A program made the position numbers and the translations under genes. A stretch of 63,880 nt of DNA, filler included, from Octopus bimaculoides (lineage: Eukaryota): the NCBI RefSeq assembly GCF_001194135.2. It is 5 parts of 5 records of this genome, joined end to end, with 100 filler letters (N's around TTAATTAATTAA, not from the genome) between each part and the next. Parts side by side here need not be neighbours in the genome. Positions count along the whole stretch, not along the records: positions 24,794 to 45,970 come from NC_068983.1; 4 more parts are not named here. One strand, given 5' to 3'. Within the stretch, counting starts at the first letter, position 1; every line of letters begins with the position of its first letter. This document shows, in pieces, positions 24,750-38,670 of the stretch. The notes under the pieces were generated by a model. That model was not told the origin of the DNA. It saw only the letters and a program-made list of their open reading frames with translations, and ran no database searches.

Positions 24750-26195
24750 NNNNNNNNNNNNNNNNNNNNNNNNNNNNNNNNNNNNNNNNNNNNCTATAGA
24801 TATATATATATGCGTGGTGTGTGTGTGTGTGGGTGTGTGTGTGTGTGGGGGTGTGGGTGTGTATGCGTATATATATATATATATTTGCATTACAAATATA
24901 CCTTTTCAAAGGGATGTGATGAACCTATTATAAAGAGTAATGCTACGTGTACTTTTTCTTTTGTGATGTAATCTTTGGTCTAACAATGTTTGCGGCTGAA
25001 GAGAGATTTATACCATCTTTTATTTCAATAACATACCTATGCTGATGTAATAGCAAATTCTTTACAAAGCTTGAAACACGTGTACCGCGATATCCTTTGT
25101 GTTCTGTTTTTAATTTACGTTTGATGTATTCTCTCATCTCTGCCACCATCTGGCATATGCAGGTGCTTATACTTATCAAGTATTCCCTCTAAACTTACAG
25201 TACCTATATATACATATATATATATACAGACACACACTCACAAATACAAACACAATTCATCTTCGAGAAACAGTCGATTATTTCAAATATCCAGAATTTT
25301 AGTTTCAGATCTTATTGTCAGAAGACTACTCCAATACATTGTTTCTTTTTTGTTGTTGATTTCTATATTTCTAGTATATATATATATATATNNNNNNNNN
25401 NNNNNNNNNNNNNNNNNNNNNNNNNNNNNNNNNNNNNNNNNNNNNNNNNNNNNNNNNNNNNNNNNNNNNNNNNNNNNNNNNNNNNNNNNNNNNNNNNNNN
25501 NNNNNNNNNNNNNNNNNNNNNNNNNNNNNNNNNNNNNNNNNNNNNNTATATATATTTATATATATATATATATTCTTAGTCAAATACGTATTGTAATAAA
25601 CAAACGAAAGAAAAACAAACAAATGGAAATTACACAGAATGACAAGTTGAGAAACATAGTCTAAATGCAGAAGGTCACCAACCCTTCCTCAGTTATCGAG
25701 CGCAATGTTCTGCCTTCATCGAGAGTATTCCTTCCATACTGGAGGTAACCGGCAAAAAAACTTGCAGTGAATGCGACCAAAATAAAACAGAACAAAACAA
25801 GACGGAGAAAAAAGGAAGAAGGAATACAGAATGGACATATGAAAATGTATAAAAGCAATTCGAAACAAGACGACGAGTGGACGGAGGAAGAACAAAAATA
25901 TGAAATAAATAAATAGTATAAGAACTAAGGGCCAGGTGAAGGTACACAAATAAATATGTATAATATAATTAATTAATTAGAGAGACAGAATATGGAAAAC
26001 ACGCGAATCCTTATTGATCACTACATTTGCTTCAAACCATCTAGCATCGGCCCCTCGCAGGCAAGATTGTGAACATCTGGTTTAGTGTATTCCACGGTAT
26101 ACATGTGTACCTTCAGGTGACTGCAATAAGTATCTTGCTCAAATAAACAGTGTTTTGCAAGATTTCTAACTGGTCTTTGTATATATAGATATATA

Positions 26196-26498
26196 TGGTT
26201 AAGGTATTCAGCTCACGCTTGTTTTGTCGTGAGTTCGATTCCCCACCGAAGCTGTGTCTTTGAGCAACACAATTTATTTCATGTGCTGCTATTCCACTCA
26301 GCCGGCTAGAATGAGTGTTTCAAAGGGCCAGCATTCTCACACTATAACACGCTGAATCACTCTGATAACTACGTCAAGGGTTCGAAAGGTTTCGCGTGTC
26401 TGTGGAATACTCTGCCACTTGCACGTTAATCTCACTTGGAGGCTGTTCCGTTGAACAGATCAACTGGAACATTCGTCGTTGTAACCGACGGAGTGCCA
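26196..26498 (+). mobile_element. Chimeric SINE: family-D-type head and Meta-like domain joined to the family A 3' half
   Basis: GAGTTCGATTCCC...TGTGTCTTTGAGCAACACAATTTATTTCATGTGCTGCTATTCCACTCAGC, then TCAAAGGGCCAGC...CACGCTGAAT...GCCACTTGCACGTTAAT...GTAACCGACGGAGTGCCA as in 404-786. Confidence 0.75.
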
Positions 26499-26530
26499 GG
26501 TACGCTTATGGGCATGTATATCATATGTAG

Positions 26531-26619
<89 letters not shown>

Positions 26620-27149
26620 TGTGTATTTGTGCCTGCGTTTATAAGTGCGGACGAGTGTGGACCATATACAGAGGTGTGTGCTCTCGAAGGAATTTACTCT
26701 GATCCTAAAATCATTGAATTGGAGCTTAAAAACCTTAAATATCAGCCAAATATATGAAGAACATAAATACATCCGCAAATACATATACATTTATGTGTGT
26801 TATCGTCCTTATGTCTGCGTGTGCATAGTGTGTGTGTGTTTGTGTGTGCGTGTGTGTGTGTGTGTGTGTGTATGTGTGTGTGTGTGAACAACAAGATCCT
26901 ACCATGCACTTTAATTCACATATTTTTCATTATACATATCATCCTAGATGAATAACCCGTCGTTGCCCGGATTATAGTTGTTTCTTATTCAGATTAGTAA
27001 ACAATAGATAAGAAGATATATTTAGTTTCTCAAAATTATTTCAAAATATTTATACTGTACATAAAAATATCTAAATTGTAACGATAATAGAATTTAGAAC
27101 TGAAAGTCTGTGAATCTTGAAGAAGCACATGCTAAATAATATCCATTAT

Positions 27150-27748
27150 GTATTTTTTATTTTTGGTCGGGGTGTCCAAATGAATAAATTGTTGCTGCAT
27201 CCAACACGTGACCAACCAACATAGAGTTGTCTGTGGAAAAATTGTGTAGTAAAGAGATCAAGTTCAACTACTTTGAAGGATTGACCTTGAGAAATGTTAA
27301 TCGGAATACCAAAAACTTAGTTTGATTGGAAAATGAATCCTCTTAAAAATTCAAGTGTAACATCTGAGAGGATTTTTTTGGAAGAAAGGCATTTTCTCCT
27401 TTGTGATTACCTGTTATGATTGTTGCCTCTGGGGCTTCATGGAAGTGACAATTAAGCGAGTTCCATTACACAGGCGAGGTCAGTCAAGATTCCTAAGCAA
27501 CATATTAGGAACATCCAGCTTTAGTGTCAAGTTAGGTGGTGGCATCCCAGTGCGTTGAAGTGTATTCAGAAATTCAACAGGGTATTGAACAGCGTGATTT
27601 TGATCGACTGTAGTGTGAATTGATCTAAAAGTTATTTATGATGTATCTTTTAAATTTAGAAGTACATGATTAAGTTTATCAACCATCTCATTAATTGGAG
27701 CCAGTATAGTTCTTTCACATAACCAGTTTACACCAGTGTAATTGACAA
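27150..27748 (-). pseudogene. Helitron PIF1-type helicase C-terminal remnant
   Basis: NWLCERTILAPINEMVDKLN...[43 protein letters not shown]...INISQGQSFKVVELDL...HRQLYVGWSRVG matches Helitron helicase motifs; stops and frameshifts present. Confidence 0.92.
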
Positions 27749-27759
27749 ACACACATACA

Positions 27760-27813
<54 letters not shown>

Positions 27814-27972
27814 TTCACACATACAATCACATATACATACTAAGACCGACACACACAGGCATACATTCATGCACACCTCGGGGTAAACAATATTTATTAT
27901 ATGCTTGTCAGTCATCACATATGTATATATGTGCAGATGTGTGTGAGCCGATTCTAGATTTTGTGGGAGTCA

Positions 27973-28003
<31 letters not shown>

Positions 28004-28930
28004 CCTCTCTACCATTCTCTCTCCTTCTCTCTCTGTGGATATCTCTCTTTGTATAACGGCTATCACTATTATTGTCTCTTTCTTTCTCTGTTTATCTCTC
28101 TCTTTAGATGTGTGTGTGCGTCAGACTTCACAAAAATGTATGCATACCCACAAATATATACGTTCTCACAAAGAGTCACACACATATGTATACGTATGTA
28201 TAGCTCAGTGTGTGTCTGTCTGTTTAACTCTGATACCTAACGTACGTAACAAACGCGCAAACACACACACACTCACAGACACATACACACTCATATGCAC
28301 ATATGTATATATATGCGTAGATGTGTAGGTGTGTGTGAGTGTATGTGTTTAACTCTTTGGGGCCTATTGTACGTAACGAAAGCGCATACACACGCCTCAC
28401 GGACACATACACACTCATCTACAAAATGTCACGTAGAGGTGGTTGTATAAAATTTATTTTACTATAGTTGACTATAGAAAGGTTATTTTAGATAAAATAT
28501 TGTATTCTTTCAATCCAAATGAAAATAGAAATTACATGTTGAGACTCGCGGGGTCTGATCCTATTACCTAGTAAAATTTGATTATATTTTTAGAGCCGTT
28601 TGAGAATGCATAGGAAACAGACAGACAGACAGAGAGACAGACACAGAGAAAAAATAATTTTATATAGGCAGAGATTATTGTCATATCTCCAGTCAATCGA
28701 TCGAATAATTTTTGTAGATTTGCAAATATTTGATGCACCCGGGGAATGTAGCACAAAATCCGAAAACGTTTGTATTTAATAATCGTTACTGAAGCAATGT
28801 TACGTTCAATATTTAAAATAATTCACCTGTCTTGATTATTTTCATCCAATTTATTTTATGTCAGCTAACAGTGTATTCATTTAAAATGTTTAAATTAATT
28901 CGTACAGTCGGCTTTCTTTTGTATATGTAT

Positions 28931-28990
<60 letters not shown>

Positions 28991-28993
28991 GCA

Positions 28994-29060
<67 letters not shown>

Positions 29061-29999
29061 CAGATTTTACAGTAGATTATAATATCATTAATTACTTCAT
29101 TTAACCAGTGTTTTCCCTTCTTTCATTAAAAATATAATTTTAATTAATCGAAAAGACCCAGCTCTCTGTATTAAATAAATTAGCACTCATACGTATATCA
29201 AAATATGCTATTAATCTCAGAGGGGAAAAAAGTTTCTTAGCTTATAAATAACGACGATATTGAAATGCAACTTTCTTTTTGACAAGGATGATATTAAATA
29301 TAAGCAAGTTATACTTATGCCGTTAACCTTTCTGATAAGTATTCAAACTATTTCATTGTTTTTCTTTCTTTGTTTCTCCAGGCGTGCTAACTGATAATGG
29401 TGACAATCCACATTCTCAATTCACGCTCTGTTACATTAAGCTACCGTATCCACGGGCACAATGCCCTCTCTGTTATTTGTGAAATATGGCATTAATTGAC
29501 AAGCCTTTCTCAAAGCAAGCGCTTGTAAAATTATCATTCTTGATTTCATTTACTGACCGTAAACATGTATAGAAAAATATGGCGAAATAGGCTCTGGGGA
29601 ACAATCGATATCACATACAACTATATTCAATATTTTGTTTAACGTAAGACAAACTGGTATGCGACAATTTTGTGAAAGTCAAGGACCTTATTGTAAATGA
29701 ACTATAGTGTAACTAACTGTAGCGAATACAGTTGTAGAGAGACGCCAGAAATATATTTCAAAAACATCTTAAAGACTTAATGACGCTAACTCAATAATTG
29801 TCGCTTTAAAAATGCAAATAAATATATGTGGAATGACATAAATTGCACTTGTAAATAACATGTTGCATCTTAAATATACATTAAGATAAACACAGTTTCT
29901 GTCACTTATGTTATGATGCAAAATTATTTGAATAAATTATGTTAACAAATGCCACCAAAGATAAATGATGTTCACACACACACGCACGCACGCACACGC

Positions 30000-30110
<111 letters not shown>

Positions 30111-31359
30111 TAGTTATAAAAACTTTAGCAATAATCCTCCACCCGGTTTTCGAAACCGAAAATCCGAATCAACATACAATACCACCATATAAACAACAGT
30201 TGCCCACGTAATCTGAAATGAAATATTACCTCCGATCAAAACTGAACTTCAGCAAATACAACAAAATGACCCTTTAAGAGATTCAACCAACCGGAAAGGC
30301 TGATAACCGTTCCCCACAGGGAAGCCAACGAGGCAGAACGACGCACTTGACCACCGGAAAAACAAGATGTCACCAGTACTTTAACGAATCAAAAATCAGA
30401 TCCCCTCACGGAAAAAAATTATGAATAAGCCGTTACAAGGGAAAGTACCTCCACACGACGGAAAGAAAATCAGAGAAATTGTAAACCAAAATCCCTTTTT
30501 TACTATCTTCATTTTTTCCTTGTCTTTCTCCCTCGTAACTCAGTATGACTGAAACTTTGATGATATTTATTTGTTGTCGATTACTACTAAAATTAATGAA
30601 CTTTGTACATACAAAAAAGTTAATGCAGAGTTTTTTTATATTATTGACTGTTATGAACATTTAAACTTAATCGACATTGAAACATTTAAATATGTTTCTC
30701 TAATTCATAATTCTAAATTTTTCCCATTGATAAACAAAAAATATTGTTGAAACTAATTTGGTATATATGTAAATAAATTTATTTTAAATAATTACAAGTT
30801 TTTCAAATTTTAGGTGCATTTTCAACAACAAATTTGCCTATATATTTACACGCCCAACACTCCACACAGTCGCCTATCAGTTTACGTAATCTGATTGTCT
30901 TCTCATTTGCTGCCATTCTTAAATTAATATATCTACCACTAAATGGAAAAATTATCTGTTTCATGTGTATAAATTAGGCAGATATAGAGAGTTGTGTTCA
31001 ACGTTTCACAATATCAAATGTTTAGTATCATTTACTTACTCTATACAAATTTGGTGAAATTAACCATTGAGATTCGAATAGTTAATATACCTATGACGTA
31101 TTGAAGTCGATGTTTTGGAAAACAAACCACCACATTCGTTTCTTTGCCGTGTTGATTTTCTTTACAAGTCAAACATTGCTTGTTTATTATAATACACAAA
31201 TAATATTATGCTGCTATACAGTTTATATGGGTGTATTCGAAATTTCTTTTGCGGTACAGTTACTTCACATATATTATTTCGTACCTCGAATTCGTTTTCT
31301 GTGGTTAGTTAAAATAGACCGCGCGCACACTCACAAACACACACACACGCATATATATA

Positions 31360-31385
31360 TACGAGGGAAAGTCAAAATTTATCCA
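31360..31385 (+). mobile_element. Possible mariner terminal inverted repeat running into a gap
   Basis: TA|CGAGGGAAAGTCAAAATTTATCCA resembles mariner TACGAGGG..TCAAAA ends; the rest is hidden by Ns. Confidence 0.3.
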
Positions 31386-31605
31386 NNNNNNNNNNNNNNN
31401 NNNNNNNNNNNNNNNNNNNNNNNNNNNNNNNNNNNNNNNNNNNNNNNNNNNNNNNNNNNNNNNNNNNNNNNNNNNNNNNNNNNNNNNNNNNNNNNNNNNN
31501 NNNNNNNNNNNNNNNNNNNNNNNNNNNNNNNNNNNNNNNNNNNNNNNNNNNNNNNNNNNNNNNNNNNNNNNNNNNNNNNNNNNNNNNNNNNNNNNNNNNN
31601 NNNNN

Positions 31606-31640
<35 letters not shown>

Positions 31641-32394
31641 TTCATTCGCAAGTGCATATATAAGTGTGACCGGCTGTAGTAAGACAGGACAAGAGCGGTC
31701 ACTGACAAGAGCGATCACTGTTGAGACACAAAACTGCGTGAATGAGTCTTTGCTTAAGAATGAAAAAAGAATTCATGGCGCGTATTGGCCTTTTAATACT
31801 AAAGAATAGTTGATTCCTTGAGATTGTTTCCACATGTCATTCGAAATCGGCCGTCATCGTTGCTGCTGGGTATTTGTTTAACTCCTCTCAAAGCAAATCC
31901 CACATTAGTAAATAAATAATATATATTCCTTGAATATAAATAATAATTTCCTTCATGTATTTATCTAACCTAGCACCACTGGCTCCCTCACATATTTTCT
32001 CTTGCCTAATTTTCTTTGAAATTATGCACATTTTCAGCACATTTTGTATTATTGGTATTTAGGTCGGATCGTTGCTTTGGTAATGACATCTATTATGACA
32101 CAAAAACGTGTAGTCTACTGTCCTTATCTCCAGAAAATAAGCTTGCCTCTCTCGGCTTCTTATATCCTAATGATTCACTGATCCTTTACATTATCAGCCT
32201 TTCGTGTCCAGTGTTGGTAGCAGTTGTACCAAGAAACATGTTTACCTTATTTTTTTTCATCTTGCTTAATATATCTCCAATATACATATACGCAACACAC
32301 ACCAACATTCACATCGTGTTATTAGAAGCGTGTATAAAAACAATTATATATATATATATATATATATAAAGACTAATATATATANNNNNNNNNN

Positions 32395-32746
32395 GCACCA
32401 ATTCACACAGCTAAAGTCGTTACTGCATGGCACGATGAACATTCTAGTGAAGTTGAACATCTTATCTGGCCACCACAGTCCCTAGATCTCAATATTTATT
32501 GAACATTTATGGTGCATTTGGGAAAAACAAATAAGGATTCGATATCCTCCACCGTCATCACTACAAGAACTGGAGACTGCTCTAGCTGAAGAATAAACAG
32601 AAATTCCTTTGAAAACAGTTCAAACTTTGTACGAGTCCATACCTCGTAGAATTCAAGCTGTAATTACTGCCAAAGGGAGTCCTACCCATTTTAAAACAAA
32701 TTTGTTTGGAATTTTAAGGTGTTTCCATTATTTTGTCCAACTCTTG
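32395..32746 (+). mobile_element. Tc1-family transposon 3' portion with right TIR
   Basis: APIHTAKVVTAWHDEH...LIWPPQSLDLNI/IEHLW...YESIPRRIQAVITAKGSPTHF, then GGTGTTTCCATTATTTTGTCCAACTCTTG|TA. Confidence 0.88.
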
Positions 32747-33949
32747 TACATATGTATATACATATATATATATATATATACATATGTGTGCGTGTGTGTG
32801 TACGTGTGTGCGTGTATGCGTCTGTGTGTTTCATATATTTTTATATTTATAGTTATCATTGTTGCTCTTGTTTTTTTTTTTGTTATTTTTTCATTTGAAT
32901 TATAGATGTTTGACTCTCTCAGATATAAAATCAGGCGTAATCCAGTGATATATAAATAGTGAAAATCTTATGTTGCATTAATTATTGATCAAGTTAATAG
33001 CCAGGATTGAGTGGAGAAGGAATTTTAATAACACATTATTTCAGAAACATTAATTGTAAATCGTCAACTTTCCAATTGGACGCTCTACTCGAACAAGACG
33101 ATTATTGACTATCAAATGACAAGTAGATCATATCGCATTCTTTTGTTTTGCTGCATTATCCTTACTATGATTTATCTTACATATTACACTTGATATAATA
33201 TATTGAAATACAATACTCTTTGAGAAAAGGTCGCTGGAAATGGAGACACTGTATGTTTTAATGAAACTATATGACAATGCTCTATTGGTTCATTTGTGAC
33301 AAGATATATTCAAGTGCTTATTCATATGAATAATCAGGGTGATCACCTCAGATTGATATTCAAATAGTCCTTGGCTCTACTTGTCAAAAAGTGTCATTGA
33401 TTTCTTATTAATATGATCGAGAATAATCAAAGAGGATTTACTGCATATTGATAGTAGAATAAGAGTCAAAATTGCAAGGGATGATTTGTGATTCCGATTA
33501 ATACGATGGATTACATAATAATATAGAGTAATTTTGCTAGTGAGGGATTTTGGTGTGATTAAGTGGGCTATATACATTAAAATAGATAGTTATATGATAT
33601 TGACCTGGTCACAAAAAGTGCTATTTTTCCATGAAACTTTATTCTGGCAACATTGCAAAAGGAAGTGGCACAGTGATAAATGTAGGCTTCCTAAATCTGC
33701 ACAGCAATAGCGTGAGGACACCAAATCTAATTTATCTTACAAAGTCATTCACTAAGTGATTTTGACATATCACAAACATTGAAATTAATGTGAAAGTTGG
33801 CTTTAATTTTTTATTAACTATCGCAGGTAGCTTAATTTGAACATAACGTAAGTGTAACTCTTCCTTTACGCAACATTACCTCTAACTAGTCTTTATCATA
33901 AACAATGTATTTGCACCGATGTAAAAAGGAATTTGAAAATCTTCGGACT

Positions 33950-34780
33950 GTCGTTGTTATACCAACATTTTCAAGATCATATTCAGGTCATGCTTGTCGT
34001 AAAATCTATGTTTCCGGTTTCTTTCTTTCAGTCGGCCGAACAGGCGTATGGCTAAGGAAACGAGTGTCAAACTGTACGGTTGATAGAAGACCAGTGGTCT
34101 GCCCAGTGGTTTGCACGATTTTCCGAAAGATATGTGTGGTTGCGTATTTGGATCATTTCCAGATTCTTCTGCGGTTTCTTCATCGCTATGGCCTTTAAAA
34201 TCCTTTTGAAAATCCCATTGTACGGTTCTCTGATCCTGCTACAACAATTCATAATCTAAAGCTGAAAGTTTTCATTCCTCGAGCAAAGAGACATTTTCAC
34301 TTTCAGCGTTGGTCATTTGATCATATGTTGTTTAGGCCGTAGAGAGAGTATTTGACGTATTTCTATGGACTGTGCCTTCATTTCTAGATGTAAAGGCTAC
34401 GGTCACGATTCATCCAATAACCGAATCGGAAAAAAAAAGATGTCTTCATCAGTTTCAAACGCTTCTAGTAGATTAGAGTAGACTTCACCGTTTCTGGCAA
34501 TCAGATCGTGTGTCCACTACCAATGCATTCAATTTACAGACACTTTCTTTTACCGGAGGATTTCAGCTATCGCCTGTAATGCATGCTGTCCGCAGTCCAA
34601 TTGTGCCGAAAACTCACGGAGTTTCACGCGTTTGTCAGCGCACATCAATTTGAACAGAGGTTGGTGATTACCCTCAGTGGTTGCAGTCGATAGCCTCCTA
34701 CTGCTAGGTTTCTCATCAACGCAGCTTTTCCTTTTCTTACTTTTTTTCATTCCTTTATGCATATTGTTCTTATCAATGGT
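33950..34780 (-). pseudogene. Degraded mariner transposase
   Basis: EKPSSRRLSTATTEGN...LMCADKRVKLRE...IAEILR*KKVS (HTH region) and RLFGRLKERNRKHRF (after the third catalytic residue) in the expected order; heavily frameshifted. Confidence 0.68.
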
Positions 34781-36649
34781 GTTATCTTCTGAAACAACTA
34801 GTAGCCTAGTATGAATATCGGTTAACGTTCACACTCCCTTCATCTAGATCTCTAAGATGGTACATAATTTATTTCCGAAGGCATTACTTGTTAGCAATAA
34901 ATCACCTGAGAAACTAATGCAATAGACAAAATCTCGACCAATATGTCAGTTTGAAGATCGACCGCTATTAATATCAAAATTTATGTACAATTTGCGTTAT
35001 ATTCGGTATGACACTCGTAAAGACGTCGTCTCCGTAACCCTTATTCAATGAGATATTCATTATGTAGGACTCAAGCGTAGGCTTTTACATTTGTGTTTGA
35101 GATAATATATGTTTGTTTAGTAATGTTAGCTGTAACTTGGGAATGGAAAATCCCTTTGAATCTACATCAAGAATAAAAAACAATTAATTCGATTTTGAAG
35201 TACAAACATTACTAACAAGTATTTTGAATAGCATTTGGCGAACATTGTCTTTTACTCAAATCATTCACCGGACTGATAATTTGCTCTTGCGCCATAATTA
35301 ACAGCAATAATTAAGTAGGAATCATGTTTGACTAAAATTGCAACATAGTGCATGTTTTATTTTTATTTTACTTTCGGTTTCCGTTATTGATAATACATTT
35401 GTTAAAAGACTAATAATGTAGCTTTTGTTTTCTTTCAGATATCCAATCAATAATCTATTCTTTCGCATTTGAGGAAACACATGAACACAACATGTCTGAT
35501 ATCCTCAAGCAGCTTTAGAAATAATCTCCGTCGTTTGAAGGAGGATATGCACCAGAGGATTTTTCAGTTGGTTTGATACGCTACTTTAAAAAAGTTAACA
35601 TTATAAAAGCATGCCTAAATTGTATCTTATTCAGAGATCAATTATGTACTGTGATCAATATTGATTTGTAATGCATTTCTGTGCTCAGTACTATCATCGT
35701 TTGACGATTTCACAGCGTGTGTAGAGATGGGTACAAACTCATGCGTTTAAAAGATAGCTAACACTGCCTGTCCGGGAAAATATTTATTTGGTTCAGTCAT
35801 ATCAATTACGCCACGGTAAAGTGAATTTACCAGATAAAATGAAAGAACATTCTATTATTTATTCCTATTCATATCAATGATTCCCTCCAGGGAAATTGTT
35901 TCTTCATTGAATCACAATAGTGTGTAATTATTTACACTTAGGAACATATAAAAATGATGGATGATGAAACCAATTTTTGGATAGTGCTACATCCAACGCG
36001 TTAGCTCTGCAAAATAACACTGTGTAGACAATGTTAGTGTGTTGGTAGACAATGAGCGGTAGCAGTTTCTGTGGTGAGACAGATAAAAAAAAACAATGAA
36101 AATTCATCTAACTACTGGTTTTCCACAAATAATAATAAACACTTAAAAGTTATTCTGAGATTCAGTATTTGTTTTTTTGCAAGTGCAAACTTCACATGGT
36201 ATCCATTTTCAAACAGAGCAAGGCGTAAGTTCACACGTGGTTTGTCAATGATGGCGAGTTACATTTTACCATATGTTGTCTCAATAAAACTTTTATAACT
36301 GTTAATGGAGGAATTATGCGTGTCACGCAACCTCTTATATTTGTTGCAATTCTTAAATTTTGAATCTAATACTCACCATTGACTGAGAACATGCATTAAA
36401 AACCTAACTTTCAACTCTGAAATCCCAAATTCGTCTAACAAGCCCAGTCACATTACTGGTTAGTAATACAGTGCAGATGAATTTATAAGCATTGCAGTTC
36501 TCGGAGATCGCCATGGAAACAAACATTTCGACTCTGAACTTATGTAACCGATGTTCCACATAAAAGAGACAGTAAAGAGCTTATGAACCTATAATAATGA
36601 CAGCAAGAAGAAAGAAAAGAAAAGAACAAGATAAACAATTGTATATTAT

Positions 36650-37102
36650 ATGACTTTTGCTTTGTATTTGTTCAAGTTGACTCCAGATCACACCCAGAGA
36701 CCTCAAGAGACAGCAAGTTAGAAGTTCAAGTTGGTGTTATGGCTAGCGTGCCATTTATTTGGTTTTGCACAAAGTATTGTTCTAGAGAATGTTTAAGAAA
36801 ACAAGAAAACTATAAGTTTGCTTTAAAATTTAAGATTACATAGACAATATTTTACGTAGGATATGGGAAGTTCCCATGAGCACTATCTTTTGTATTTCTG
36901 CTATTATGAGGTTTGTTTGTATCTGAGCCAGGTAGAAATCAGCCCTTTTTTTCTATCATTCCTAGGGCACCTATGACAACAGATATTGTATTCGTATTGA
37001 GGTTCCACATTTGACCAATTTCTATTTCAAATACTTTATACCTGCTCAGTTTTTGGTAGGTCTTGACAGATACATTTATGTCGTTTGGAATAGTCATATC
37101 AA
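36650..37102 (-). mobile_element. 5'-truncated R4/Dong-clade fragment, second lineage, with 3' UTR
   Basis: IIDMTIPNDINVSVKTYQKLSRYKVFEIEIGQMWNLNTNTISVVIGALGMI...IQKIVLMGTSHILRKILSM*; the 5' end abuts a short (AAT)n at 37101-37113. Confidence 0.85.
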
Positions 37103-37114
37103 TTATTATTATTA

Positions 37115-37590
37115 TGGTTTGACTCAGGTTCGGTTCTATTGCTAGTAGGATTTATGTGGGTAGCGGGTTACTACCTGTAACCATTGGTATCTGCAAGATT
37201 ACAGTAATCTTTCGAGCGCTTAGAACCCTTCTGATAATCTTTGCTGTCACTAAGAAGAGTTCTGTAGGAACTCAACCGCGCATTCTATTTCACTATCCTT
37301 CAACCATTTGTTTCTATATTTGCTTACAGTTCCCTACGAACCATATCGTATTTTAATCGTATTTAGATACGATATTCTGTAGGCCAGTAGATAGAAATAG
37401 CATAGGTTGTCCATTGTTCAAAGTGATCAGCAGGTCTGCTAGCTTATACTACTCTCTCCGTCTGAATGTTAAAGTCCCGTAACTTCTTATTTTCTAGTAC
37501 TTTACTAGGTTCATGTTTATACTATTTATCAGTATGTTCAAATCCTAGCATTCTACATAACTTGCAATAGACTACTCTCCTAGATTGCTA
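37115..37590 (-). mobile_element. Degraded R4/Dong-clade 3' fragment, related to 38671-39720
   Basis: RC ...LCRMLGFEHTDK*YKHEPSKVLENKKLRDFNIQTERV... and FLQKLFLVTAKIIRRVLS; shares TTTACTAGGTTCATGTTTAT..TTTATCAGTATGTTCAAATCCTAGCAT with 39127-39180. Confidence 0.8.
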
Positions 37591-37624
37591 TGTCTACTAG
37601 GATCCATAGACAAGGCCCAGAATA

Positions 37625-38255
37625 CTGGCAGCTAAGCGCGTCCTTTCCAGCGCGTGAAGCAAGTTAGTCCATCAGAGGTTGCCGGGCGCGAACAATCGTT
37701 GGTCAACAGCCGTTGGTGGATAGCCCTGAAAAGAGCTATTAGAGTAGAGCCAGTAGGATTTAGTAAGGAAATAGCCTTAGAGGAATCTAGGATTGAGGGA
37801 GATTTACTTAGGAAGCTAAGAGAAGCGCTTAGGATAGGCACTGCCTCTGAGATGCTGGCGGCGAGATCGGGGCTTGATCAATTTTTTCAATGCTATGCAT
37901 GAAGGTTGCGTTACCAGAGCTAGAGCGCGTGCTCTAAAACATTTTCGGACGAAAGCCATTCGATGGGTGCGGGTGGCAGAGGAGATGCACGTTGCAACAA
38001 AACCACAATTCAGTCTTTGATGAGCAGGGACAGGTGTATGCTATACAAATCCAAGCAGATGTGTACTGAATTTCAGCTGCACATCACCGAACAATTCGTC
38101 GCGCGTGGTGTATCGGTGATGGACGTGGATTTCACCTCCTACCTCGACGGCATGCCGCGCCTTTAGGCCGAGGGAGTGGAGTTCTGCGGAATGCCGATAA
38201 CAGCCGAAGACATACGGGACGCGATAACGAGCTGCACAAGCGAGAAATTCCAATC
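37625..38255 (+). pseudogene. L1/Tx1-type LINE ORF2 fragment (endonuclease-RT linker)
   Basis: TIQSLMSRD...MCTEFQLHITEQF...DFTSYLDGMPRL*AEGVEFCGMPITAEDIRDAI resembles the Tx1 segment just before KSPGxDG; GC-richer than the flanks. Confidence 0.6.
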
Positions 38256-38348
38256 ACATATGATAACACAATCACTTAAGGTATGAAGGCATGAGAGCAA
38301 GTGCATTATCGTTGTTATTGTTGTTGTTGTTGTTGTTATTATTATTAT

Positions 38349-38438
38349 TGAGTGAGAGATCGGTGCATACCATCAAAGTGACACTGGGGTACAATATACG
38401 AAGCCCAATATACCCATCATGACTACCCGTTTTGTAAG
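38349..38438 (-). mobile_element. Truncated copy of the 12271-12826 element
   Basis: TGAGTGAGAGATCGGTGCATACCATCAAAGTGACACTGGGGTACAATATACGAAGCCCAATATACCCATCATGACTAC next to (ATT)n. Confidence 0.85.
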
Positions 38439-38617
38439 AATGGCACTCTTCTTTTAATTTTCACTCTATATCTTCAGGAGGAGTTACCTCAATCCTTTCT
38501 ATATTAACCAAAATGAAGTAGATTGACAAATTTATTTTTTGAACCAGTTGAAGACACGTGAGATGTCGAAATATTGTTCACAAGATAACAAATGGAACTC
38601 TTCTTTTAATTTTGACT

Positions 38618-38670
<53 letters not shown>

